From the NCBI GenBank assembly GCA_002269645.1, contig NIVC01003583.1, forward strand, positions 24,575-88,574: a stretch of DNA of 64,000 bases, read 5' to 3'. The notes beneath the pieces were generated by a model, which was not told the origin of the DNA, did no database searches, and worked only from the letters and a program-made list of their open reading frames with translations. Shown here piece by piece: positions 11,454-23,300 of the stretch (its first letter is position 1; each line of letters starts with the position of its first letter). This stretch comes from Macrostomum lignano (taxonomy: Eukaryota). The translations under genes and the position numbers were made by a program.

Positions 11454-12215
11454 AGTCTCTCACACAGCACAGAAACCAGCGTGACTATCAACAGCAAACA
11501 GACACGCAGATATGTCCAAAAAGTTGATTAATTCTAGAAGCACAGCTTTATTTATTAGCAGAAATCGTGAAATTTAGCTGAATAAATGTTCCTACCTTTT
11601 CAACTAAAGAACCTTAGAAAACACTTGATGGAATTATTTTCTTTCTCTGAAGAAGTTTCACGTCGAGGTACTTACTTACAGAATCGGCTTTAGTGCACTG
11701 TGTATAAAATTAAAATACTTTTTGAGATGATATTTCCAAGAAATGCACTGCACATCAAGACGTTTCAATGTACGCAAATTTCGTACAAAGTGTCTAGTCT
11801 AAAAATAGAGAATAATAAATAATTACGCTCGCACCAACTCTGTACAAGCCCCAGCCCCTGCCAACAGTTCGAAGGGATCGAAAAATAGTCTTGATAAATG
11901 GGCCTACAGGCAGTGTGGTCGTGGGTCTGAATCTCTACATGAACGTGAACGTGATCGAATGACATGTACATTGCTATGTACTCCCAAACCGAAAACTGTA
12001 GGCATATAAAATTCTCATCCTTTTTCTGGTGTTGTTCCGCTCACTCATGTCATTCCCCAGAACGGGGTAGGGCTCAGGCACTATACATTTGCATGCATAC
12101 TGTCGCTTCCTAACGAGATGCGCCATTTCCAGGAAATTCACTGTACATTTACAATTTTGAATGCACAAGAATTTCTTGGAAATTTTAACCGAATTCACTG
12201 CAGAGCTTAGAAGAG
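11454..12215. repeat. Dispersed non-coding repeat core, copy a (carries one unexpanded 24-bp minisatellite unit)
   Basis: Shares accagcgtga...cacgcagatat(g)(t/g)ccaaaaag and atactgtcgc..cc(t/c)aacgagat..catttccaggaaattcac with 29700-30350 and 51440-52105. Confidence 0.7.
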
Positions 12216-12500
12216 GAGCCGGGGGCCTCCTGAGCCTGTCTGTCCAATTGCTAGTGAGACAAATAATCTTCTAGGAAATGAACTAGCACTTGAAGCTAAA
12301 TTTAGCAGCAGGCTAAGAGGCTAAGAGAGAAGTCGGAGAGAGATGAGAGTGAGAGAGAGAGTTGACCGAGGCGAGAGCAAGGCTACATTTAAAAGTAATA
12401 AAAACTGGACCTCAGTTATCGATAGTGCAACTACTATACTGTACGAACCGCTCAAAATACACACAACAAGCACAAAAATGCTCGTAAATCGGTCCAATGG

Positions 12501-13441
12501 TAGGGATTCCAAAATCCCGACAATTTACAATACCGGGATTGAGAAATCCTGAAATCCCGATGGTTTAAAATCCCGAGATCACTAATCCCGGAAAATCCCG
12601 ACTGAGAGTAATCCCGGGACCCCGCTTCGAAGTTCAAAAAAAAATCAAATGTATTGAAACATCTGCATCCAGCTTCCACCACGACCACAAAGTAAGTAAA
12701 ATAGTTAAAATTTTACTTATTAGATTTAAAGCAAGAATTAATAAAAGATTAAAGGATCAAAGTAAATCGAGCATGATTTATTGATCTATCTTTACAATAT
12801 CCTTACAGAATCCTTACAGAATCCTTACAGAATCCTTACAGAAATACAAAATTTCTGTATCATTCGTCAATGACTCGTATTCTGTCGTGGCAGTTCAGAA
12901 ATTTATCATTTCAGTTATCCTGATTGTTGGAAATGAGACCGAAGCATGCCCAGCTTTGTTGATAAGGTCTCATCACCGAGAACGAATCCGAGTCATCAAA
13001 ATGGCAGCGGCAGAAAATGCCCGTCCTGCTTCAACACTAGTTGGTGCGATGGACAAAAGGGCACAGTTTAGCGTCGTCAGCAGCTTGCCCAATTGGGCAG
13101 TAGATCGCATAAATTACACCTTACGAAAACGAAAAAAATTTAAATTTCTGCTTAACAAACTGCTCTAACAAATTTTGCTGCTTTTTATGTGTGATTTCGA
13201 TACAGACATGCAGGCTGCAGTTGTGTTATTTCATATTTTTTAAAGTTCAATCTTTTTTTCAGATTTTACATGATTATTTTAGTTGAAAAAAAGAGAATTA
13301 AAATCAGTTTGAATCCCGAAACAATCCCAATCCCGCACTGTTGTAATCCCGAGGATCATAAATCCCGAAATTTCAAGTCCCAAAAAATCCCGGGATCGAA
13401 ATCCCGTGTTTTGAGGCTAAATCCCGAGATTGGAATGCCTA
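12501..13441. mobile_element. Non-autonomous hAT-type element (941 bp)
   Basis: TIRs tagggattccaa / ttggaatgccta; 8-bp TSD tccaatgg (12493-12500) vs tccaacgg (13442-13449); many subterminal ATCCCG/CGGGAT motifs at both ends; homologous empty site upstream of copy 2 near 26615-26635. Confidence 0.85.
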
Positions 13442-13669
13442 TCCAACGGGGGGGCAACACACGCAAAAATAGTTAAATTATTAGAAAATGATACGGTTAA
13501 TTGCCCGTAAATCTGACACTGCCTTCCTGTCCTCCACGCCTCTTACCCAGGGACTCCTTAAAAAGCACCACTGGACAGAAAGCTCCCTGTACGCATTTAC
13601 ACATAGCTTAGTGTGGCAGCCACTCCCAGTGACTGTGCGAATAACAAGTTGCATTTTATCTCTGAGAAG

Positions 13670-14555
13670 TAGGGAATACAAAATCCTGAGTTTTATCAAT
13701 CCCGGGATTCTAGGGATCGGGACATCCCGGACTTTGCCAATCCCTGGATCCCGACAAATTGGGCCGGGATCATGGGATCCCGGAATTGAAAAAGTTTCTT
13801 ATCTTTTTGTCAGAGCAATTTTGGTTTACGAAGCAATTAAACCTGATTTTTAAGGGCTTTTATTGGTGAATGTAGAACAGAATAAAATATTTAACAAACA
13901 AGAAACTGACAGTGAGTTCTGAATTGGAGTGTGATGTGCGGGCTGGCGTATTAGGTGTGCTTTTTTACATGTCACTATCAGCTCAGGTCTCAGGAAAATC
14001 ACGCTTGATTTTTATTCAACCTGGGGGAACGATGGCTTACGAGCAATGGCCAGAGGTAGTACTAATACCAGAGTAGAAGGGGATCAGACCTCACCCTCCC
14101 AGGGGCACCCGCCCAAGATGGAGAATCGGTAGCGTGGGTTATGGTCCGATAGCAAGGTCCCACTTTTCTAATCCCAACTACGATCAAGGAGTTTTCAAGG
14201 TAGGGACTGCTTAAAGTTGTTCTGCATTATTACACCTTAAATCTCCTTACGACCTGCTAACAGCTTCTGTTTTGCATACCTGCAGCTCTAGCTAGCCTTC
14301 TTTCACTAGCCTGCATGATTAAAAGAAATAAAATATTCATAAATCAAAGCAGGACAACTGGGTTATGATTTTCACCTGACAAGTACCTCAGCTAAAGATA
14401 ATACTACTGGAGATGTATTGAACTATTGCAAAGCGGAATGGGATCGGGATCCCGATAGTCGATCCCGGAATTTTCGAATCACGGTCCCGGACAATTGTGA
14501 TCCCGGGATTTGGCCCTAGTCCCGGGATTTCGTTATCCGGGGATCTCATTCCCTA
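13670..14555. mobile_element. Non-autonomous hAT-type element (886 bp)
   Basis: TIRs tagggaat / attcccta; 8-bp TSD ctgagaag (13662-13669) vs ctcagaag (14556-14563); dense subterminal ATCCCG/CGGGAT motifs. Confidence 0.85.
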
Positions 14556-16071
14556 CTCAGAAGTTTTTTACGAGAGTTTTAAACTCCAACGGCATACAAA
14601 AGCGATTCGCTTGAAGACATTGTCGCAAGTAATTAATCTTCTTCGCCGTCAATGCGGATACCGTGTGCACTGCCAACATATCCTTGAACTACCCAGCAAC
14701 GGAGTTGATCATATTAGTTTATGCACCATCCTCACCAATGCCTATAAGCTGGCCATTGCTGCTATATCAATCCTATTTGCGATTTAAATCTCGTCGATGA
14801 CCATGTTTCATTCAGTTCAAGGCAGCCTTCGCTGTCAAGGCCAGCGAAAATCCAACTCTTTATGGACCTTAGCGGACGATCGGACGGGAGACAGGTGGGA
14901 TCTCAAAACTTCAGCTGGAACTTATGAACAAATTTGGACAAAAAAATCAAATCAACCTGAACCAACTAGAAGCCTCTAAAGTCAAGTTTACTTGAAATAC
15001 GTAATTTTTACAATAGTTACTTCACTATAATATCACATTCTACTCACTCTCATGCTTATTTGTTCGATAGTATTTGTGGTCGATAATTTGATCTTAACCA
15101 ACAAATGAGAGGACAGCTTCTATAAGATCTGGAACAGCTGATGTCAACTGTTAAAGAATTAAATGAAGAAAACTAGAAATACAACCAATTGGTTATTTGT
15201 TAAATTAAATGGTTAAAATAAAATTTTTTATTCATTATGCCCGATCAATTCTTTCCTAGAAGAGCCGCAGTACCGAACGCTTATTTCTATCTAGCTAAGA
15301 TTCAAGTTATTTTTTAATGAATACACCTGGAATAATTATTTATCAGTACCCAAAATCTGCGTAACATGAGCATGTAGCAAAAGTAACGCATTCTGATAGG
15401 TCAGTTGTACCTATTCTTCTAGGTAGCCTTGGTGTTCTCATTAAGGAATAGCTCTCATTAAAGCGTATAGTACTCTTAACGAGTCTGCATTTGTTGCAAA
15501 GTTTTCAAACATTTAATACGAATTATTAATCCTCCATGTTGTGTATGTGTGCATATGCATGTGTGTGACACTGAAGCTTGGGCTATACTCGTATGAATAT
15601 TACTGTCTATGGTATAAATACACGTGACGGCCTAGAGAGACGGCCACGCCCTCTGAGCTTTATTTTCATCAGACCGCGCGCTATAGAAGATATAACCCTC
15701 TCGGCTTCGCGATATATAACACTCCATACGCCAGAGCTTTAGAGAGCAGTACAGTGCCTTGCTGAGACTTTTGAGTCGATAGCAATTTTTCCTCAGACTT
15801 ACCTAAAAAACGGGATTTTTTAATCCAGATGAAATTTTAAGAGCGTCTGCTAGATATCTGATTGCGCCCGCCCGCCAGTTTTCATAATCTGGTCGGATCT
15901 GAAAGTCCCATATTATAGCAGTAAATATGACCCCAAGCTGCTGCTAGAATACTCTCCAACTCTTGTCACACTTCAACATGTACCTAAGAAATTTGCATAT
16001 AGTTGACCCTGATTCACTGATGTCATTTCGACAGTCAGATTCCATCACCCTATTTGTTGCATTTTGATCAC

Positions 16072-16312
16072 ACTGCGGTGACACTGCTGTCTCACTGTGG
16101 AAACTCTGCATGCTGTCTCACTGCGGTAACTCTGCTGTCTCACTGCGGTAACTCTGCATGCTGTCTCACTGCGGTAACTCTGCTGTCTCACTGCGGTAAC
16201 TCTGCTGTCTCACTGCGGTAACTCTGCTGTCTCACTGCGGTAACTCTGCTGTCTCAATGCGGTAACTCTGCTGTCTCACTGCGGTAACTCTGCTGTCTCA
16301 CTGCGGTAACTC
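16072..16312. repeat. 22-bp minisatellite (ctctgctgtctcactgcggtaa)n, about 10 units
   Basis: Unit spacing of 22 nt checked at 16201/16223; a few 26-nt variants. Confidence 0.95.
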
Positions 16313-16939
16313 TTGAAATAAAAGTTGAAATAAAAACTTTAATAGTCGGGCTTCCAGTACACGGTACTAGTTACTACGAGCAAAAGGTTTTACTTTTACT
16401 ATTTTCAGTTACTACTTTCTATTTCAAATTTTCATCTTTCAAATATTTTTAAAGGTCATTTTCAGAACCTGGTGATAGGGAATGAATGAGTGAATTAATG
16501 CTTTAGTAGAAAAAACTACTCATGTCAGACTGCTCTCACCGTTTAGTCTATCGGACTCTTGGCCGTTTTTGGCCTTTTTCAAGCCTCAAAATGACTGCCA
16601 GCTGTTTGAGAGAACTACCAAATTACGAATTACATCCAGAAAACATAAATATATATAACCTATTAACTACTAACTAAGCAGTCGTGTATTGAACGGTAAC
16701 AAAAGTCCCATGAGTAAAAAAACATAGCAGTAAGAAATTACGAGAGATGAACTATATCTGGATACAAACAGACGGTTACCTAATTGTTAACGGACGACAG
16801 ACATGCACATTTTAAAAGTACTTTCCTCTCTCCACACGCATAAATATTTTTCCTGTTGAGCTGCGTCCAAAAGCATCTTGCTCACTTCTCGCAGTTGGTG
16901 GCGATAGGAAGGCGTAAAAAGTGAACAAAATTATCGCCA

Positions 16940-16945
16940 TTTATT
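16940..16945 (-). terminator. Candidate polyadenylation signal (AATAAA) for sacsin-like copy 2
   Basis: tttatt on + inside cgccatttattgttggcc, about 380 nt past the stop; the same context is conserved in copy 3 at 35742-35747. Confidence 0.4.
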
Positions 16946-17326
16946 GTTGGCCCTCTGCAACGCAGTCAATTGTTTGTTTGTTAAATAAATAGAAACAGAA
17001 CATTTTAAACGATACAGTGAGCCAAGCGTGAAGTATGCAGCAATAAACAGTCGCTCGCAGAACTTCGCCTTTGATACATCTAAACTCCTTACTTTTCTTC
17101 TAAAAAACGGTAGCAACCTGTGGTTTCAACTAGACATGTCTCTTATGCAGCTGCTCACTGTCTAAAACTCAGTTGTACCGCAAGTGCTCATTCAAATCTA
17201 ACGAAAAACACATGACAAAGAGAAACATAGAAAAAAAAGTTTTTCACCTTAACTTCTGCATCGCGCTACACGCGCAAACCAGTTGTCTGCAGAAAAACAA
17301 AGCCAACTCCAAGTCACTCACTCGAG

Positions 17327-20300
17327 TCATTCGGCAAACTCGGACGAGACGCACCGTTCGACGCCCTCCGCTCCCTGCAGAGCCCGCGCCGCCTGCTCCG
17401 CTCCGAAGACCTCAGTCGGAACCCGCGGTCGGCTGCGGTCGCTCGGGTACCGACAGTCGTCCACCATGGCGCCCGCCAGGTCGGCAACGTGACCAGCCAG
17501 GCTGCTCTGCAGGTCGCTGCTCGAGACGCAGCTCAGATGCTGGCTCAGCTGGTGGCTGCGCTCGATGGGCTGACCCTGTCTCAGCAGCAACGCCTTGAGT
17601 GCCTTCTCAGTAGCCTGCCAGCTGATGTAGCAGGCCCAGTTGTACTCTCCGGCCTCAGCCAATCGGGATGCCGAGCGAACGTCGTGCCGCGCCGTCTTCA
17701 GGTACCTCGCAGCATCGTCAGGCGACGGTTTGGCAAAGTTTGCGCCGCCTGAACTGCAGTAATAACTGCCAGACCGGCCAGGGTAGCGGAAAGCGCCGCC
17801 GCTACCGCCGGCACCGCTGCTCCAGCCTCCTCCTCCGTAGCTTCTTGATCGCATGGTGACGACAACTTCCTCTGCGATGAGAATCTGTCGGTACCTGGTA
17901 ACCCGAGCTGTCTGCTCTCGCCATCCACCAATGCACTGATCGAACTGTCGGGTCCATACATGATTAGCAGCGCGAGTTCGTATCTGGTTGAATGACTCAT
18001 CCGAGTTCGAGTAGTGAGCCAGTATGCGCTGAAAAATCTGATGCTGCTGCTTTGTCGGCAGGGAAGCTGCGCTGCTCAGCAGATGATCCACCGTTGTTGC
18101 AACGTCCTCACCATTATTTTGGTTAGCTTGGGCGAAAGACCGCTCTTCAAAGGAGAAAAGCGCAGACATTGAAACTCTTAGTTTTGAGCCTCCACCGAAT
18201 TCAATAGTAAACTCGCTAGTCCACGGGTTATCGCTGCCACCAGGGTGTCTTTCCACTACCCGAGCGTAAACAAGTCTTCCATCGCCATTTCTGTAAGCCA
18301 CAATTCGGTTCACAATGTCCCTTGGTCTATCTGGCAGTTGCTTCAGTATACACTGCTCAAACTCCGGTACAGGTTCACCGAGCATGAGTCATCGGTTGCG
18401 CTTGGCTCTGCAAAATGCTGCTCACTGGTCTGGTGCAGTGCAATTCCTAGTCCGTGCAGAACGGCTAGCATGCTGTCTGGACTGTCCATAAGAAGCACCT
18501 GAATTAAACAACTTTTCTGCTCTGGCAAAATGTTGACACCGTTATTCAAAACCTGCATTATAATTTTGATAAATTCCATCTGCCACAGCTGCCTTCGGTC
18601 ACCGCTCATCTCGTCCGGAATCGTAGAGTGATTCATGAGAATCCGCTGCCCATCCAGAAAGAAGTTCTTGTCCTGCCGAGTCCTGCTGCTCGACACCATC
18701 CAGAAGCAGGCACGTACGCAACTCGGAAAGACACACAACCGAGAAGCGAGATATCAGAGATTTCACTGCAGCCAGTCGCTCGTCTCCTTTGCCAGAAAGA
18801 TCCTTGTTGCCATGCAGCATGATGCTTACGATGCACAGGTGCAGCACTGGGTGGCTCAACTTAGCTTGCAGACCGAGTAGGGACTCACAGCGCTCACCAT
18901 CGCTGCACAACTTATTGGTGTCTGAAAGCAGCCTCTCGCTTACGTTGTCGCTCAGTTTCTTCAGGCCCATGTCGGCTGCGAGATGAAAGTACAGCCTCTG
19001 AAGCTTGTCAGTGCCCAGCTTGCAGAAGCTCAGATCAAGGAACTCTACATCCTGTGCGTCCACCAATCGATTGTTGTGCACCTCTGAGTCGTTGATGGTC
19101 AGACACCTGCAGTCTACCAGTTCGAAAGCGGCTTCCGTGCTGCTGTCTTGATGCTGACTTCTTTTAGGCAGGAAGAGCACTCTGTCGGACTGGAACTGGA
19201 GCCTGCCGCCCCGCTCCAGCAGCACTATGATACTCGATAGACAGTGCGAAACTGAGTTCAGCTGCTCTGCACGAAGCGAGCCTTGCTGCTCATTCTGAAT
19301 CAGTTCCAATGCAAGTCGAAGTTGCTCGATTGTGGCAGACTTTGTAGCTCCCAGTTTTGCAAACAGCTTGCGGAACTGTGAAAATTCTTGAGGACACTCG
19401 TAGATGTAAGGCAGAATAGCAGAGTTTTTATCGTGAGTAATTCTGCTAGCTGATATAAAAAATGATTTACATGTATAGCCTTCGGTTTTGATTAGCACAC
19501 ACGGAATATCTTTCAGAAATTTAATTGACTGAAATGCCGTAAAAAGCATAATGGTACTCAGCCTTGAGTACACGGAATTCATGACATGACTTCTCAGTGC
19601 TGCAACTTCGCTCGAAGATCAGCTGACGTGAAGGTCGCTGCAGAGAAAAGGTTGACAACGTGGCGCAGAAAAATGGCATCAGAAACTGGCATCGCTGAGT
19701 TTGCAAAGCAGCTGCCCTGGCCAACACAGCTCGGTCCGTAGGGCACGGCCGTCCAGCAGAGGAAGCGAGCCTCGAACAGGGCGCACTGGGACAGACTCGC
19801 CATTCGAAGTCGTTCGCTCTGACAAAGCCTCTGAAGAGCGCCGTCGCTGTTGGCTACAATAAATTGAATTCCTGCCAGTTGTCGGACTACATGTTCGGTT
19901 ATCTCTTTGCGGAATTTATAGCTGTCGATAAACTTGATCAGAGCTTCCGATTTCTTAGATAATTCATCTGTGATACCACTGGCTCCTTCTGTTTGCAGCT
20001 CACTGGCGAAGCTGATGGCAATTGCGGCCGTGCATTCCAAGATTAGACCGGAAAATTTCATCAGCGTTCTCCATCGCTCTTCATTGTACGGCGTTGGCAA
20101 GAAAAATTGTGGCTGAAGTAGCTTCTGAAAAATGTTTACTCTGCTATCATAAAACGTGTTGACGCTCCGCCATTGTCCGTCAAACGGAATGAGTTTGGCT
20201 GTGCTGAGAGACTGACTGAGCATTTGAAACTTGTCAGGGTCCTCCACTTGAACTCTTTCGAACTTCCAGCTCAGCTTTAGAAGTTTTTCGAGATGCTTTT

Positions 20301-23300
20301 TTCGAGTGTTGTCGGTGAATTTGGAGAACAATGGCAGGATAAACCTGGCATAAACCTCAAGCTCTGCCATCTCGTCGCATTGAAGCTTTTCGTACAGCAT
20401 CGTGAGAGACCAGTTTGCCTTCAAGAAGATGACCCGGCTGGAGCTCTTCCACTCGTCCATCTCGTCGGCCACGAGCGATGCCGGCAAGATGCAGGCCTGT
20501 TCAGAGTTGAGAGCGCAGCAACGACCGTCAGATGTGACAAACACCGGTAATTGACGCACTCTTGCAAGGAGGTTCTGCTCTCCCATTCTCTTACTTAGCT
20601 CTCCCCAGTTGCTCTGAATGTACACCAAAAAGCTCACAGCTTGCTTCTCAGTGGTCGCAGATCTCTCAGCGTTCTCATTTAGAGCGAACTCCATCACTCT
20701 CAGCATGGACTCGGGCTGTCTGACGTTGCCACACAGACTGCCGACCAGCTTCAAGCCCATCCTGCTGAGCGAGGGAGCGTTGAGCTGCTGCAGAGACTCC
20801 TCGACTGCTTTGCTGCAGTCATCGAGACCGAATCTGATTGGCTCATAAATACAGGGCGCCAGTGAGAGGCTTGCAAAGCGAGACTGGCTGACAGGAATCA
20901 GATGTGCGCTGCCCAGTCCTGAAGAGGATAACGTTTGCATTGGTGCATTCTTATTAGTGCATTTGTTGTCTAGAAACTCCCACACTCGATTCAACCATTG
21001 TTCGAGAAACTCGGCTTCAGTACTAAACTCCCAATTCGATACGTAGTCAGTACGAGACATGCAGACTGCGGCATGCTCTCTGTGCAAAGAGTGCGAAAAT
21101 CCATCAGCTGAAACTTTTTACACAACTGTCCCTGGCATAGATTGATTTTCTTCTTCAGATCGAGCTGAAGTGAAACTTTCTTGTGCACAAACTCGTGCTT
21201 TGCTTCGCTGTGTGAAAACAAGTCGTGGAATTGAGTGAGAAACAGAGGTGTCCGTCCATTGTCAAACTCAGAGAGTCGGTTTCCGGCTCCTAAATTCAAG
21301 GGCACTCCGATGAGATGCTGCACCTGCTCTTGCAGTTCATCAAGCAGATATGCGAGCAGGCTTAAAACGGCCCCAGAGTCTTGAAATGATGTCGCGCTAA
21401 CATCCCTCGGCAACGAATCTCGAAGTTGCTTGCACGCTGGACCCCTGAGAAATGCGCAAATGGGCACAGCATCAGCTACAAAGGGGTGAACTCCAGCTGG
21501 CTCGACTCAAGCGACTGACGAAGGCCTACATGATCCGGGACCATGATGGGAAATCGCAGTTTACTCAGAACGTTCTGAAGATACTCGGTCAAATTGTTCG
21601 GAGTCAGGAATGCAGCACTACCGCTGACATCACCTGAGCTCTGTGCTAGCGGCAGCCACTTCAGCTGTTTTTCAATTACAGAGTGCACAGGGAAGATTGC
21701 CCATCGAAATCGAAAGGCGTTTTGGAAGACAAGCTTTGCATGCTGGCCCCACAGCGTCTGATTGCTTGCGTGGTACTCTGGAAGAAGGCTGTAGAAGTGG
21801 TGTACGCTCTGCACATTCGAATAAACTGCTTTCGCTGTTTCGAGTAGACCGCCATAGCTGTCAGGCAGAAGCTGAGTGGCCAGCAGTTGGTTCCATTGCT
21901 CCTTGACATCTACAGCTCCATCCGCCTTCCACAGAGATCTGCGCGATGGGTCCATAATGAAGTGACCGTTCACGTGTACAGGAAGTGCAGTAGGCACAGG
22001 CAATGGCAGCAGACAGTAGACGTGACCTTCAATCTTGCATGCTTCAGTCATGAAAATGGGAGCAGCGACTCCGGTCTTTGGCAGAAGACGCCACATTCCG
22101 GAGGCCACTTGCTGCTGCAGCTGTGCGGGCATGTTGTCCAGTCGACCTCCAAGTTTTTGAAAAACGAGCCATCTTTGATTGAATTTTTTGCCAGTGCCGC
22201 TAACCGTGAGTTCGTAGGTGACCGAGCTGACTGGATTTGCGGCTTAACTGGGCTCCCCTGCTCCGAAGATGCTTACTGGCAGTTTCGCACGCCTCATTGT
22301 AGTTATCAAAGCACCCTGATACAGTTTCAACTTCCAACTTGGCTGCAAAAACTGTTGTGAACTTGTTGTCAGCCCATACTTCGGAGAGTTGCACTTCACG
22401 GATATTCAAGAAAAACAAGGCAGTTCGCCCAAGTTCATTCTTGAATTCATCGAATAGCTGCTTGATGTCATCGGCACTGACCGAGCGTTTGCATATTCTA
22501 GATTTCTTAGCTGAGTTTACTGTTCTCAGTGGCAGTCGAAACACGGTTCCTCCTGTGTGCGGCAAGCTCTCAGGACAGTACCCCGCAAATACGTCGCGAA
22601 AAGTATCTTTCATACGCTCGAAGTTCTTGAACATACCTCCTGGAGAAGCCAAAGTAGCACCAGGCATGTACCTGCAGTGCGGATCCATCACGCAGAAAAT
22701 ATTTCCATCGGACAGAAACGAGGGCGCATCCGTGATGTTGTACACACAGTTGAACCCGATGCCGTACTGTCCAGCTTTCCATGCGTCGTCTCGCTTGGAC
22801 CCGAGACCGAGATTCTGGATGCCTTCGATGTCCGCATCGGAGAATGTCGAGTCGTTGTAGACAAGTAACGCGGGTCCCTGCAGCTCCTTCCAGCTGTCAC
22901 TCAGCACTTTCTCGGTCCCGTGATGCCGACGATCGATGATGAAGCTGATCTTTGATGCCCCAGCATCATCTGCATTCTGAATGAGTTCCTTGAAGAGCTC
23001 GATTCCAAGCGGGTATCCGGAAATGATGTTCTGCAGTCTGGTTGTGAGGTCCTCGTGTTGGCCGAAAGGCAGAGGCTGCATCGCTTGAGCCAGCATGCTT
23101 TCTCTCTGGCTTGGAATTCCAAGCTTCTGGCACAGTCCGAAGGAGATGTTTTCGTGGCAGAAGAAAGTCTCATTTGGTAGTTGCACAGACTGCATCCAAA
23201 GCAGGTTGTTAAAGCACAATTGTGTGCAGGGTCTCAGAATGCGGCTGTGGTCGGGTGCGAGTAAGCTCTGAGTCGCCAAGGCTTCATCCTGACGGCCGAT

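Noticed and set aside
9867-11497. Long SQSV-repeat ORFs (521 aa and 459 aa)
   Set aside because: They are translations of the (GACT)n microsatellite, which has no stops in these frames.
14580-14960. Possible non-LTR retrotransposon remnant (plus-frame ELIILVYAPSS...LFMDLSGR like an AP endonuclease; minus-frame GIRIDGE like RT)
   Set aside because: The two readings conflict and each rests on a few residues; needs BLASTX.
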